IMG/VR virus record: IMGVR_UViG_3300045119_000157
Location: 19,579 to 83,578 of that record
Origin: a virus
Reading direction: 5' to 3' (one strand)
DNA: 64,000 nucleotides
The translations under genes were made by a program, and so were the position numbers. Shown here one piece after another: positions 17,273 through 26,351 of this stretch. Every line of letters starts with the position of its first letter. Within the stretch, counting starts at the first letter, position 1. Under the pieces are notes generated by a model that was not told where the DNA came from, did not search any database, and was given only the letters and a program-made list of their open reading frames with translations.

Positions 17273-20026
17273 ATGACTTATCCGTACGGTTCGATCGACG
17301 CCACGAAGGTCGACGCGACCGTCCTCCTCGGCGACCATGCGCCGCATCACGACACGCTCGCGTCGGCGCTGAATGATCTGCTCGCTGAGTTAGGCGTCGA
17401 CCCGTCCGGGGCGTTCGCGTCGCTGACCGCGCGGCTCACGAACAGTGACAGCCTGATCAACCCGTTGGCGTTGTCGCGTGGCGGTACGGGCACCACGGTC
17501 GCACCGGACGCGCTCGTCGCTCTCGCCGCTGAGGTCCTCGGCGCTGCGGGCGCGCACGCTCTACCTCCGGCGGGCGAGTCATCGACGGTGCAACGGTTCC
17601 ACCGTGACTTCGTGAACCGTTCCACGACGCCGCTGAAGATCATGTACATCGGGGACAGCGAGTTCGACTTCTCGCAGTGCAACCGTTCCGCGACGTACCA
17701 GATGGGCAAGATCTGTAACCCGCAGAACCGGCAGTTCTCCGGTCCCGGCGCGCTCCTCGCTGCCGGGTCGACGATGCCGGGAGACGTGGCGTTCGGGCTG
17801 GGTGCCGTGTCTCCTTCGACGTGGGTGTCTGTCGGGTCGCCGACGATCACGTCCGCGGCGGTGCAGAACCATCGCGGCATGGCGGGCTGCGCGTTGAAGA
17901 TGACCGACGGGCAGGCGTGCCAGTTGATCTCGGCGGTGTGGGATCACGCGAAGTTCTTCTGGCTGACACCGCTCGCGGGGTCGGGCGCGACGTTGGAGTT
18001 CTTCGTGGACGGCGTGTCAGTCCACACGTCCACGTCCACGGCAGCGGGATCGTTCGACTATTCGACGGGGACGGCGCCCGCGGCGCATGTCATCAAGATC
18101 GTGTCGCACGGGGAGAACCTGTTCGACTTCGTGCAGATGTACAGCGGGAACCATGACGCATGGTTGCAGCCGATCAGCGCGGTGCATTCGGGCTACACGA
18201 CTGGCGACTTCGCGAACTCGTGCACTGATCTCGCCGGGTACATCGCGTCGTTCGACCCGTCCGTAGTGGTCCTCGAACCGGGCGTGAACGACGCTGACGC
18301 GCCGACGTATTACACGGACATGACCACGCTGATCGGGACGGTCCGGGCGAACACGACGGCGACGGTCCTGCTGTTCCTCCCGAACGCGGTCCTCGGGCGC
18401 ACGACGTGGAACGGGTGGCGTCAGCGGGCGAAGCGGTTAGAGGCCGAGCAGAACGTTCTCCTGTGCGACGTGTCGAACTGGATGCCGGACCTGTCGGTGT
18501 CGGATCCGCTGGGGTACACGTCCGACGGTGTCCACATGCAGCCGACGGGAGCGAACGGCCGTGACATTTGGGCGAACGCGATTGTCGCTTCGCTGTTCAC
18601 CGGGCGGGTGCGTGACTTCCCGCTGTGGGAGTCCGGGTCGACGTTCGGCGGGTTCCCCGGACACGTCCGCGTCTACGACAACAATCAGGGCGGCATCGCG
18701 CTCGGGTGGTTCCTTCAGCGTGCCGACACGCAGCCGTACATCCGGATCTCGTCGGAGCCGAACAATGCGCTGAACGGAATGTTCATGGGTCCGGGCGGCA
18801 CGTCCGGGGCGGACTGCTACATCATCCGGTTGCGTCCCGGTGTCATGGGTGTCGAGGACTCGTTCTCGTTGGGTGCGTCGGGGTCCGGCGCGCTGGTCAC
18901 GGGCGCACGGCTCGCGACGAACGCTCCGCTCCCGGCGTGCACTGCTGCCGGGTCGGGTGCAGGCAAGACGCTGACCGGGAACTCGAACGGCGCTCTCGCG
19001 GCGATCGACTTCGTGACGCCAGCGGCGAACAACCGGATCATCGTGAAGGACCAGGCGAACCAGGCGGACAACGGCCTGTACGCGCTCACACAGCTAGGCG
19101 ACGTCTCGCATCCGTTCATCCTCACTCGCACGACCGGCTCTGATTCGTCGAACGACTATGCGTCCGGGATCGTGTGCTTCATCGGTGAGGGCTTGAACTA
19201 CGGCGGCTCGTACGTCCGCTCCCGGCCGACGACGGTTACCGTCGACACGACCCCGATCATCTGGACGGGACCGGGCCGGTCGAACACGACACCCGCGGAC
19301 ATCCGCTTCGGGTCGAACCGGGCGCAGCAGCGGTATGACTCCGATTTCGAGGACACTGACGGCACCGTCTCCGGGGCGGGCGGAAGGTGGGCTGTCGGGC
19401 AGCCGACGATCATCTTCCTGTCGGGCACCACGGGCGCGCAGGCAAGCCAGCAGCAGAACGCCGAGGTCCGCTGCGGTGTCATCGGGTTGGAGACGGGAAC
19501 GAACGTGGCGGGATGGGCGACGTTCACAGCGTCAGCGAGGCCGTGCACGTTCAACACTGGGCGCCGTCACAGGTACTTCGCGCTTCAGCGGCTCGACACG
19601 AACCTGCCCGTCGTGTCACCCGGCGACGACTACACGGTATGGCAGGGGTTCCTCGACTCGACGGGACTGTCAGCGGTCACGGACCCGACGGCGGGAATGT
19701 TCTTCCGCACCGACCGCGCCACAGGCAATTGGTTCGCCGTGTGCCGCCACGCCGGGACCGAAACCGCTACCAACTCCGGCGTCCCGTACTCGTCGGCGTA
19801 CACGAACCTGCGGATCGACTACGACGAGACGGCACAGACGGCGTCGTTCTTCATCAACACGACGGCCATCCCGCCCATCTCGACGAACCTGCCGACGTCC
19901 GGTGATGTGCTCCACGCCGGATGCAAAGTGAAGAAGCTGTCCGGCACAGCGAACCGGATCATTTACACCGACTACTTCGAGGCGGACATGGTGAACAGCC
20001 GGTCCCTGAACCAGAGCATCCCGTGA
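17273..20026 (+). CDS. Virion fibre/appendage protein with SGNH hydrolase domain
   Basis: YIGDS, GVND and DGVH SGNH blocks; RIIVKDQ...DNGLY fibre motif. Confidence 0.7.
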   Translation: MTYPYGSIDATKVDATVLLGDHAPHHDTLASALNDLLAELGVDPSGAFASLTARLTNSDSLINPLALSRGGTGTTVAPDALVALAAEVLGAAGAHALPPAGESSTVQRFHRDFVNRSTTPLKIMYIGDSEFDFSQCNRSATYQMGKICNPQNRQFSGPGALLAAGSTMPGDVAFGLGAVSPSTWVSVGSPTITSAAVQNHRGMAGCALKMTDGQACQLISAVWDHAKFFWLTPLAGSGATLEFFVDGVSVHTSTSTAAGSFDYSTGTAPAAHVIKIVSHGENLFDFVQMYSGNHDAWLQPISAVHSGYTTGDFANSCTDLAGYIASFDPSVVVLEPGVNDADAPTYYTDMTTLIGTVRANTTATVLLFLPNAVLGRTTWNGWRQRAKRLEAEQNVLLCDVSNWMPDLSVSDPLGYTSDGVHMQPTGANGRDIWANAIVASLFTGRVRDFPLWESGSTFGGFPGHVRVYDNNQGGIALGWFLQRADTQPYIRISSEPNNALNGMFMGPGGTSGADCYIIRLRPGVMGVEDSFSLGASGSGALVTGARLATNAPLPACTAAGSGAGKTLTGNSNGALAAIDFVTPAANNRIIVKDQANQADNGLYALTQLGDVSHPFILTRTTGSDSSNDYASGIVCFIGEGLNYGGSYVRSRPTTVTVDTTPIIWTGPGRSNTTPADIRFGSNRAQQRYDSDFEDTDGTVSGAGGRWAVGQPTIIFLSGTTGAQASQQQNAEVRCGVIGLETGTNVAGWATFTASARPCTFNTGRRHRYFALQRLDTNLPVVSPGDDYTVWQGFLDSTGLSAVTDPTAGMFFRTDRATGNWFAVCRHAGTETATNSGVPYSSAYTNLRIDYDETAQTASFFINTTAIPPISTNLPTSGDVLHAGCKVKKLSGTANRIIYTDYFEADMVNSRSLNQSIP

Positions 20027-20037
20027 GGGCGTGACCG

Positions 20038-22782
20038 ATGCCTGACGAACCGATCTCATCTCTCGCGGCGCAGACCAGCGGCGCTGTCGCGGCGAACGAC
20101 CTGTTCGAAACGGTCGACGTCAGTGACACGTCGCTCGCTCCGACGGGCACGAACAAGAAGCTCGCGTACTCGGATCTTGTCGCGGCGCTCACCACGTCAC
20201 TCGCGTCGAGCTTCCAGCCGGAGGACGCGGACCTCACCGCGATCGCTGCGCTCACGACGGCACCGTACGGGCGCAGCCTCCTGACGCTCACCGACCCGAC
20301 CGGCCTCGCCGGATCACTCAGCCTCGGCACGCTCGCGTTCCTCGATTCTGTCGACTCCGCGCACATCACCGACGGCACGATCGTCGATGCCGACATCAAC
20401 GCTGCGGCGGGTATCGCGTACACGAAACTCGCGCTCGCTGGGACGATCACGTCCAGTGACATCGTGAACGGCACGATCGTCGATGCGGACATAAACGGTG
20501 CCGCCGCCATCGCGCCGTCGAAGATCAGCGGCACCGCTCTCGTCACGTCCGCTATCGGAACGTCGGTGCAGGGGTTCGACGCGGAACTGTCCGCTCTCGC
20601 TGGCCTGGTGTCCGCCGCGAACAAGATCCCGTACTTCACCGGGTCGCAGACCGCGGCGCTGCTCACGCTCGACACGGACGGGACACTCGGCGCGAACCTC
20701 GACACGAACGTCGCGACGCAGAAGGCCGTGAAGACCTTCGTGGGCGCTCAGATCACGGCGCTGTCGCTCGGGTCGTTGGCGTTCCTCAGCAGCGTCGACT
20801 CCGCGCACATCACGGACGGCACCATCGTCAACGGGGACGTGAACGCGGCGGCGGCGGTTGCGTACAGCAAGTTGGCGCTGACCGGGTCGATCGTCAACGC
20901 GGACGTGAACGCGGCGGCGGCGATCGCGTATTCGAAGCTGAACCTGGCGGGCAGCATCGTGTCAGCGGACATCACGGACGGCACGATCGTGAACGCGGAC
21001 ATCAACGCGTCGGCCGCGATCGCGCAGTCGAAGATCAGCGGGCTGGGCACGATGGCGTCGCAGAACGCGTCCGCTGTGTCGATCACGGGCGGCTCCATTG
21101 CTCTGCCCGCTGGCGGCACGCTGACCGCTCCGGCGAACGGTGTCGCGATTCAGGATGCCAGCGACGCGACGAGGCAACTGGTGTTCTCGACCAGCCTGAT
21201 GTCGACGACCGGCGTCACTGTCACGGTGCAGGTCCCGAACGTGGGAGTGAGCACCGCTGACGTGCTCGTCCTGAAGGCGCTCTCGGCGGCCCTAACGAAC
21301 AAGCGGCTCACGACCGCGTCGGCGTACACGACCGGCGTCACATCGCAGATCGAGGCGCAGGGCAACGCGAACTTCCCGTTCCACGCGACGGGCGGGTTCC
21401 TCGGCCTCGACTATGTCGCCACCGAGTTCAACGGCGTAGCCGCCTGTGTCGATCTCCGCTCGACCGCCGGGACCGACATGAACAACCTCGCAGCGACGGC
21501 GTCGGGGAAAGTCATCGCCGCGTTCCACGTCGGCGGCTCGCATGACACGACCCGCGGCATGGTCGACTGCGCCGAGATCGACAACGTCGCGTCGGAGGCG
21601 TTCTCCTCGACGGACCTGACCGCGTCCGGGAACCGTTGGACGTTCTGGCAGACACCGAACGGGATGGGCGACACCGCGAAGTATCTGGCGTGGACGCTCG
21701 ACCATGACGGCCAGATGTATCCCGGCTCCCCGGATGCCCTTCAGTCCGGTGTCACCGCGACGCGGGAGTACACGACGTCGGGGATGAAGCCGCAGTCCCT
21801 GTTCGGGACTAAGAGCGGGCAGACGATCAAGGCGTCGTTCTCGACGCCGACGCTGCCGTCAGCGTTCCGCCACTCAGCGACGCAGATCATCAACGCTGCG
21901 TTCAGCGGCGCGACGTTCTACCAGGGCGGCTTCTTCCACAACCCGACGATCACGAACGACCCGACGAATGGGACGGGTGCGTGGGCGAGCGGGCTGACCG
22001 TCGGGGCGTACGGGTTCCGTGACGCGGTCACACTTCAGGTCGACACGAAGACCGGGATCAGCGTCGGCACGTACCGGGCGTTCTCGTCGCTGACGACGGT
22101 CACCGTCGCGAACAGCGGCACCATCACGAACGGTCTCATCTACGGGTACGTCGCCGGGTTGACGCTCACGTCCGGCGCGCTGTCCGCGTACTCCGGGTTC
22201 GCGACGACGGGTGTCAGTCTCGCTGCCAGCCAGAGCGTGACCACGATCCGCGGCGTCGACATCGGCCAGATCACACTGAACACGTCCGCTACCGCGACGA
22301 GCATCATCGGGTTCAATACGAGCGGCGTCACCGTCGGCCAGTCCGCGACCGTCACGACGGTCACGGGCTACACGATCGCGGACTCTGCGGTGACGGGATC
22401 ACCGATCGGTGTGATCACCACGCAGTACGGCATCGACATTCCGGCTCTGTCCGCGGCGGGCACGAACGTCGGGATCCGGAACAAGTCGACGATGCGTCAG
22501 ACGGCAGCGGTCACGCTCGGCGCTGACGCTGCCGCGACGTGGCTGCTCCATATGCAGGGCGGCAACGCGTCGACCGCCGCTATCGGGATGGACACGTCCA
22601 CGACGGGACCGGCGAACCATCCGACGTCGAGCGGCGGCGGGTCGATCTCGATCTACCACGGAGCGACGCACTGGTATCTGCTCATCTCGTTCAACAAGGC
22701 CGGGACGCAGCAGTACAAGTATCTTCTCCTCGACGACAACACGACAGTCGCGTGGGCCACTGGCACCTCACTCCCCGTCTAA
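20038..22782 (+). CDS. Tail fibre-like protein
   Basis: Repeated ITDGTIVNADINA.AAIA.SK units; DADLTAIAAL; Thr/Gly/Ser-rich C-terminus. Confidence 0.7.
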   Translation: MPDEPISSLAAQTSGAVAANDLFETVDVSDTSLAPTGTNKKLAYSDLVAALTTSLASSFQPEDADLTAIAALTTAPYGRSLLTLTDPTGLAGSLSLGTLAFLDSVDSAHITDGTIVDADINAAAGIAYTKLALAGTITSSDIVNGTIVDADINGAAAIAPSKISGTALVTSAIGTSVQGFDAELSALAGLVSAANKIPYFTGSQTAALLTLDTDGTLGANLDTNVATQKAVKTFVGAQITALSLGSLAFLSSVDSAHITDGTIVNGDVNAAAAVAYSKLALTGSIVNADVNAAAAIAYSKLNLAGSIVSADITDGTIVNADINASAAIAQSKISGLGTMASQNASAVSITGGSIALPAGGTLTAPANGVAIQDASDATRQLVFSTSLMSTTGVTVTVQVPNVGVSTADVLVLKALSAALTNKRLTTASAYTTGVTSQIEAQGNANFPFHATGGFLGLDYVATEFNGVAACVDLRSTAGTDMNNLAATASGKVIAAFHVGGSHDTTRGMVDCAEIDNVASEAFSSTDLTASGNRWTFWQTPNGMGDTAKYLAWTLDHDGQMYPGSPDALQSGVTATREYTTSGMKPQSLFGTKSGQTIKASFSTPTLPSAFRHSATQIINAAFSGATFYQGGFFHNPTITNDPTNGTGAWASGLTVGAYGFRDAVTLQVDTKTGISVGTYRAFSSLTTVTVANSGTITNGLIYGYVAGLTLTSGALSAYSGFATTGVSLAASQSVTTIRGVDIGQITLNTSATATSIIGFNTSGVTVGQSATVTTVTGYTIADSAVTGSPIGVITTQYGIDIPALSAAGTNVGIRNKSTMRQTAAVTLGADAAATWLLHMQGGNASTAAIGMDTSTTGPANHPTSSGGGSISIYHGATHWYLLISFNKAGTQQYKYLLLDDNTTVAWATGTSLPV

Positions 22783-22799
22783 GGAGAGAACATTCACTC

Positions 22800-23006
22800 A
22801 TGACGAATCAGGAAGCGTTGCAGGTGGTCGTGAACGTGTGCGAGGCGCACCTGTGCAACGGGCAGGACCGGAACATCATCCGCGAGGCGCTGAACACGGT
22901 CGCGGCAGCACTCGACGCTCAGGCTGCTCCGGCACCGGAGCCGGAGGAGGCCGCTGAGACTGCGGCGGCGAACGGACGGAAGCGTGCCTCGGCGTCGACT
23001 GCTTGA
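22800..23006 (+). CDS. Small protein, possible fibre chaperone
   Basis: AAGGAG SD; follows the fibre gene. Confidence 0.55.
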   Translation: MTNQEALQVVVNVCEAHLCNGQDRNIIREALNTVAAALDAQAAPAPEPEEAAETAAANGRKRASASTA

Positions 23007-23133
23007 GGACGGCAGCGTCCGGCTGTTGGAGGACGGGACGGCCCGGCTGCTGGAAGGCGTCGACATCGGCGTGACCGTGGATGAGGTCCGCCGTCTCGTC
23101 GGGTCGCTGGACGGGCCAGTCACGAACGGATAG
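22984..23133 (+). CDS. 49-aa LLEDG-repeat peptide
   Basis: MPRRRLLEDGSVRLLEDGTARLLEG...; not in the ORF track. Confidence 0.5.
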   Translation: MPRRRLLEDGSVRLLEDGTARLLEGVDIGVTVDEVRRLVGSLDGPVTNG

Positions 23134-23177
23134 CTGATCCCGCTAGGCGCACGCTGCGGGAAGTAGCCTCGCCCGTC

Positions 23178-24323
23178 GTGGCGCAGACGTTCTCCATCGG
23201 CATCGGTGACACCGGACCGGACCTCGTCGAGAACCTGTACGAAGTCCTAGCCGACGGGACCGTCCAGCCCGCGAACCTGACCGGCGTCTCGAACCTCCGG
23301 TTCCATCTCCGCGACGCGTCCGGTACCGAGGTCATCAACGCGGCTGCGACGCTGATCACACCGTTCCCGGCGCAAGTGTCCTACACCTGGTCGCCGGGCG
23401 ACACGGCTGCCGCTGGGATGTTCCTGCGCCGCTGGACGTACACCGTCAACGGTGAGGACAAGTCGACCCCGAACGATGTAGACGGCTACCCCGTCGAGAT
23501 CGTCGACCCGAACGTGACTCCGGCGACGAACCGGCTGACATGCTCGGCGTGGTGCACGCCCGGCGACGTCGTCGTGTGCGGGCCGTGCAGCGGCACGACG
23601 CTGAACCTCGACGCTGTCGACTTCGCGATTCAGGTGGCGTCGGACCTGCTGTTCTACCTGTCGGGACGCCAGTTCACGGGTGTGTGTCCGGACACGATCC
23701 GCCCGATTCGCGATGACGCGACGGGGAACTGGTGGCGTGGCATCGGGGAGGTGCAGGTCGACTCGTCGTTCGTGTCGCGCGACTCGAACTACCGCTCCGC
23801 TGACTTCGTGAACGACCGGCGGAACATCTACTCCGAGTTGCGGCTACCGGCCTACCCGATCCGGGCGATCACGCAGGTCCGGATCGACGGGCAGGTCGTC
23901 CCGTCGTCGCAGTACCGGATCGCGGATGACAGGTTCCTGCTCGCGGTGAACGGCCAGTCGTGGCCGTACTGGCAGGACCTCACGAAGGATCCGACGCAGG
24001 TCGGGACGTTCGAGGTGCAGTACACGTATGGTGTCCCGATCCCGCCGCTCGGTGTCCGCGCCGCCGCGGCGTACGCGTGTCAGGTGGCGTTGGCGTGCGG
24101 GACGGGGGCGGGCGATTCGTGTGCGCTTCCGGTGCGGACGCAGCAGATCGTGCGGCAGGGGTTGACGGTCCGCACGAACACCGCGGACGACTACCTCGAC
24201 AACGGGAAGACGGGCGTACCGGAGGCCGACGCGTTCATCCGGGCAGTGAACCCGCACGGGTTGCAGGAACGTGCCGCGGTGATGAGTCCAGATTTCGACT
24301 GGCCTGCGTACAGGATCAGGTGA
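23178..24323 (+). CDS. Head-to-tail adaptor with N-terminal Ig-like (BppU-like) domain
   Basis: GDT.P..., V.Y.W..GDT N-domain; ASDLL..LSGRQF.G.C, RQG, TG.PE.D.FI..VNP. Confidence 0.7.
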   Translation: MAQTFSIGIGDTGPDLVENLYEVLADGTVQPANLTGVSNLRFHLRDASGTEVINAAATLITPFPAQVSYTWSPGDTAAAGMFLRRWTYTVNGEDKSTPNDVDGYPVEIVDPNVTPATNRLTCSAWCTPGDVVVCGPCSGTTLNLDAVDFAIQVASDLLFYLSGRQFTGVCPDTIRPIRDDATGNWWRGIGEVQVDSSFVSRDSNYRSADFVNDRRNIYSELRLPAYPIRAITQVRIDGQVVPSSQYRIADDRFLLAVNGQSWPYWQDLTKDPTQVGTFEVQYTYGVPIPPLGVRAAAAYACQVALACGTGAGDSCALPVRTQQIVRQGLTVRTNTADDYLDNGKTGVPEADAFIRAVNPHGLQERAAVMSPDFDWPAYRIR

Positions 24324-24327
24324 CCCG

Positions 24328-24618
24328 ATGACAGTGTCGAAAGCGAAGCTGGCGGACGAGATCCGAGAGTTGGGCGCGGTGCCGCCTGCTGACGCGACAG
24401 CGAACGAACTGGAAGTGCTCCTCCGGCGCATCAAGGCGCTCCGGAGCGGTGCTAACCCGCAGATGCCGGAGCGGCGCCGTACAGCGCCGTTTAGCGGCCA
24501 ATCCGGGGATCCTGTGGTCACGCCCGCACCGTCGCCTGCGGCGGCGTTGGCGTCGGCGCGGATGCCGGGTGTCAGCGACCACAAGCGGCGCCCGTACGAC
24601 CCGCACGCCGGGTGGTGA
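24328..24618 (+). CDS. Hypothetical protein
   Basis: ORF within the connector operon. Confidence 0.5.
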   Translation: MTVSKAKLADEIRELGAVPPADATANELEVLLRRIKALRSGANPQMPERRRTAPFSGQSGDPVVTPAPSPAAALASARMPGVSDHKRRPYDPHAGW

Positions 24619-25058
24619 CCGTGGCGAACCTCGACGGGCTACGAACCGCGCTCAGCGACAAGGTGTTGGAGATCAGCGCCGCCGCGCTCGCGACGGTCGT
24701 GTCCGAGACGCAGGATGCGGCACCGGAGAAGACGGGCGCGCTGCGCGCGTCGATTCACGGGTCAGGCCCGGACCTTCAGGGTGACTTCCGGGCGACCGCG
24801 ACGATCGCTGCCGACGTCGCGTACGCGGGCTATACGGACGCGGGGACACCGCCGCACACGATCGAGGGGAAGCCGTGGCTGGCGTTCTTTTGGGATCTGA
24901 AGGGCTACTGGGTCATCTCCGCTGAGCGTGACGGTCACCCACCGATGTACGTGAACCATCCGGGCACGACCGGCACACAATGGTTCAACAGCGGCATCGA
25001 CGACGGCGAACCGATGGCGTCCCGATGGGAGTCTGCACTCACCGACGCGGCAGCCTGA
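24612..25058 (+). CDS. HK97 gp10-like neck protein
   Basis: APEKTGALRASI, YA.Y...GT.PH.I, V.HPGT. Confidence 0.75.
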   Translation: MVTVANLDGLRTALSDKVLEISAAALATVVSETQDAAPEKTGALRASIHGSGPDLQGDFRATATIAADVAYAGYTDAGTPPHTIEGKPWLAFFWDLKGYWVISAERDGHPPMYVNHPGTTGTQWFNSGIDDGEPMASRWESALTDAAA

Positions 25059-25567
25059 TGCCCGGCCAGCCGCCGGTCCCCGGCACGAACCCGAACTGGC
25101 TCGGACAGTTCCTCGAAGCCATCCTCGCCGCCGCTGTCACGGTCCTCGGCGCGGACGCACCGCCGCGGCGGTTCGTGTCCGCGGGACGCCCGGTGCCGGA
25201 CTGCGGCCAGTTGACCGTCAACCTCACAGCCATCCGGTCGTCAGGTCAGCCGTTCACCCGCCCCGCGATCCTCCCGCAAGGCAGCCTCGAATACACGCCC
25301 GTCGCGACGCTCGACGTGACCCTGTACGAATGCGTCGCGGTCGCGACGGAGCGGGGCGCACCGACGGTCGCGTCGATGAACGCCGACGGTCTACGGTTCG
25401 CTGACCTCGGACAGCGGCTCTGGTACGGCCTGATCCAGAAGACCGTGGACGGCACCCTGTTCCCGCTTCAACTGAAGCCGTCGATCCTGTGGCGGGACAT
25501 GACACCGATCGACCCGCAGGCAGGCTTCGCCGGGTGGCGACTCCCCGGCGAGATCTCGTTGACCTGA
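25058..25567 (+). CDS. Tail terminator-like protein
   Basis: Position; DCGQL.V and PQAG..GW motifs. Confidence 0.55.
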   Translation: MPGQPPVPGTNPNWLGQFLEAILAAAVTVLGADAPPRRFVSAGRPVPDCGQLTVNLTAIRSSGQPFTRPAILPQGSLEYTPVATLDVTLYECVAVATERGAPTVASMNADGLRFADLGQRLWYGLIQKTVDGTLFPLQLKPSILWRDMTPIDPQAGFAGWRLPGEISLT

Positions 25568-25608
25568 GCCGCATCCATCCCCGAATGAAACCCTTGAAGG
25601 AGGGCGCA

Positions 25609-25995
25609 GTGACAGTCACAGAACCAGAGGTCACCGTCAGTGAGAACGGCACCACGACACCGGCACCGGAAGTGCAGGACGGCATCGACTACCTCCCATC
25701 CGGCAAGGCGGTGTTCACCATCGACGGGAAGCCGTACACGCTCCGGCTCCCGAAGTTCGGCGAGTTCCGGGCGCTCCACACCGCGTGGACGGAAGGCACC
25801 GGCCTCGCACCGAAGGACCAGTTGGCGCATCAGGTCGACTGGGTGTCGAACCTGTTCTCGATGCTGTCGGATCATCCGCTCCCCGAGGGCGAGGATGCAT
25901 GGCCCGCGTGGCTCGGTGTCGGCGCCTACCAGGCGAAGCTCATGATCCATTTCCGTGATGTCCCTTTGGCCCGTGGCGGCGGGGGCGTGGGGTAG
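25609..25995 (+). CDS. Tail assembly chaperone (G-like)
   Basis: AAGGAGG SD; upstream of the tape measure; slippery site near the 3' end. Confidence 0.7.
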   Translation: MTVTEPEVTVSENGTTTPAPEVQDGIDYLPSGKAVFTIDGKPYTLRLPKFGEFRALHTAWTEGTGLAPKDQLAHQVDWVSNLFSMLSDHPLPEGEDAWPAWLGVGAYQAKLMIHFRDVPLARGGGGVG

Positions 25996-26351
25996 CGGAG
26001 GAGCATCCGCTCGATGCCGTCGATCTCACGATGTTCGCCAGCGTGTACCGCGCCATGCGCGGCGCGGGTCTACCCGATCCGCGCCGCGTCGACGCGCTGT
26101 ACCTGTGGGAGATCGCCGTGCTGATCGGCGCTGACGGATACGACCGTGACCCGGAAACGGGCACACCGCGCGCCCGGAACGACGAGCACTCCCATCTCCG
26201 CGCCGACCTCGAATACCGGCGGCAGATGGCAGCGTTCGCGGCTGGGATGGGTCCGGAACCGGACCGTGCGACGCATTACACATGGGACGACGACGAACCG
26301 GACGACGGCGCCTATCTAGCGTCCGTGCTCGCTGACGGAAGCAGCCTCTAA
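25962..26351 (+). CDS. Tail assembly chaperone -1 frame extension (T-like)
   Basis: -1 frame is open from 25959 to 26351; heptamer C CCT TTG at 25962-25968. Confidence 0.65.
   Translation, partial: PFGPWRRGRGVAEEHPLDAVDLTMFASVYRAMRGAGLPDPRRVDALYLWEIAVLIGADGYDRDPETGTPRARNDEHSHLRADLEYRRQMAAFAAGMGPEPDRATHYTWDDDEPDDGAYLASVLADGSSL

Noticed and set aside
20330-21040. Near-duplicate DNA segments in the fibre gene as a DGR template/variable repeat
   Set aside because: They are in-frame protein repeats, with no reverse transcriptase and no evident adenine-specific variation.
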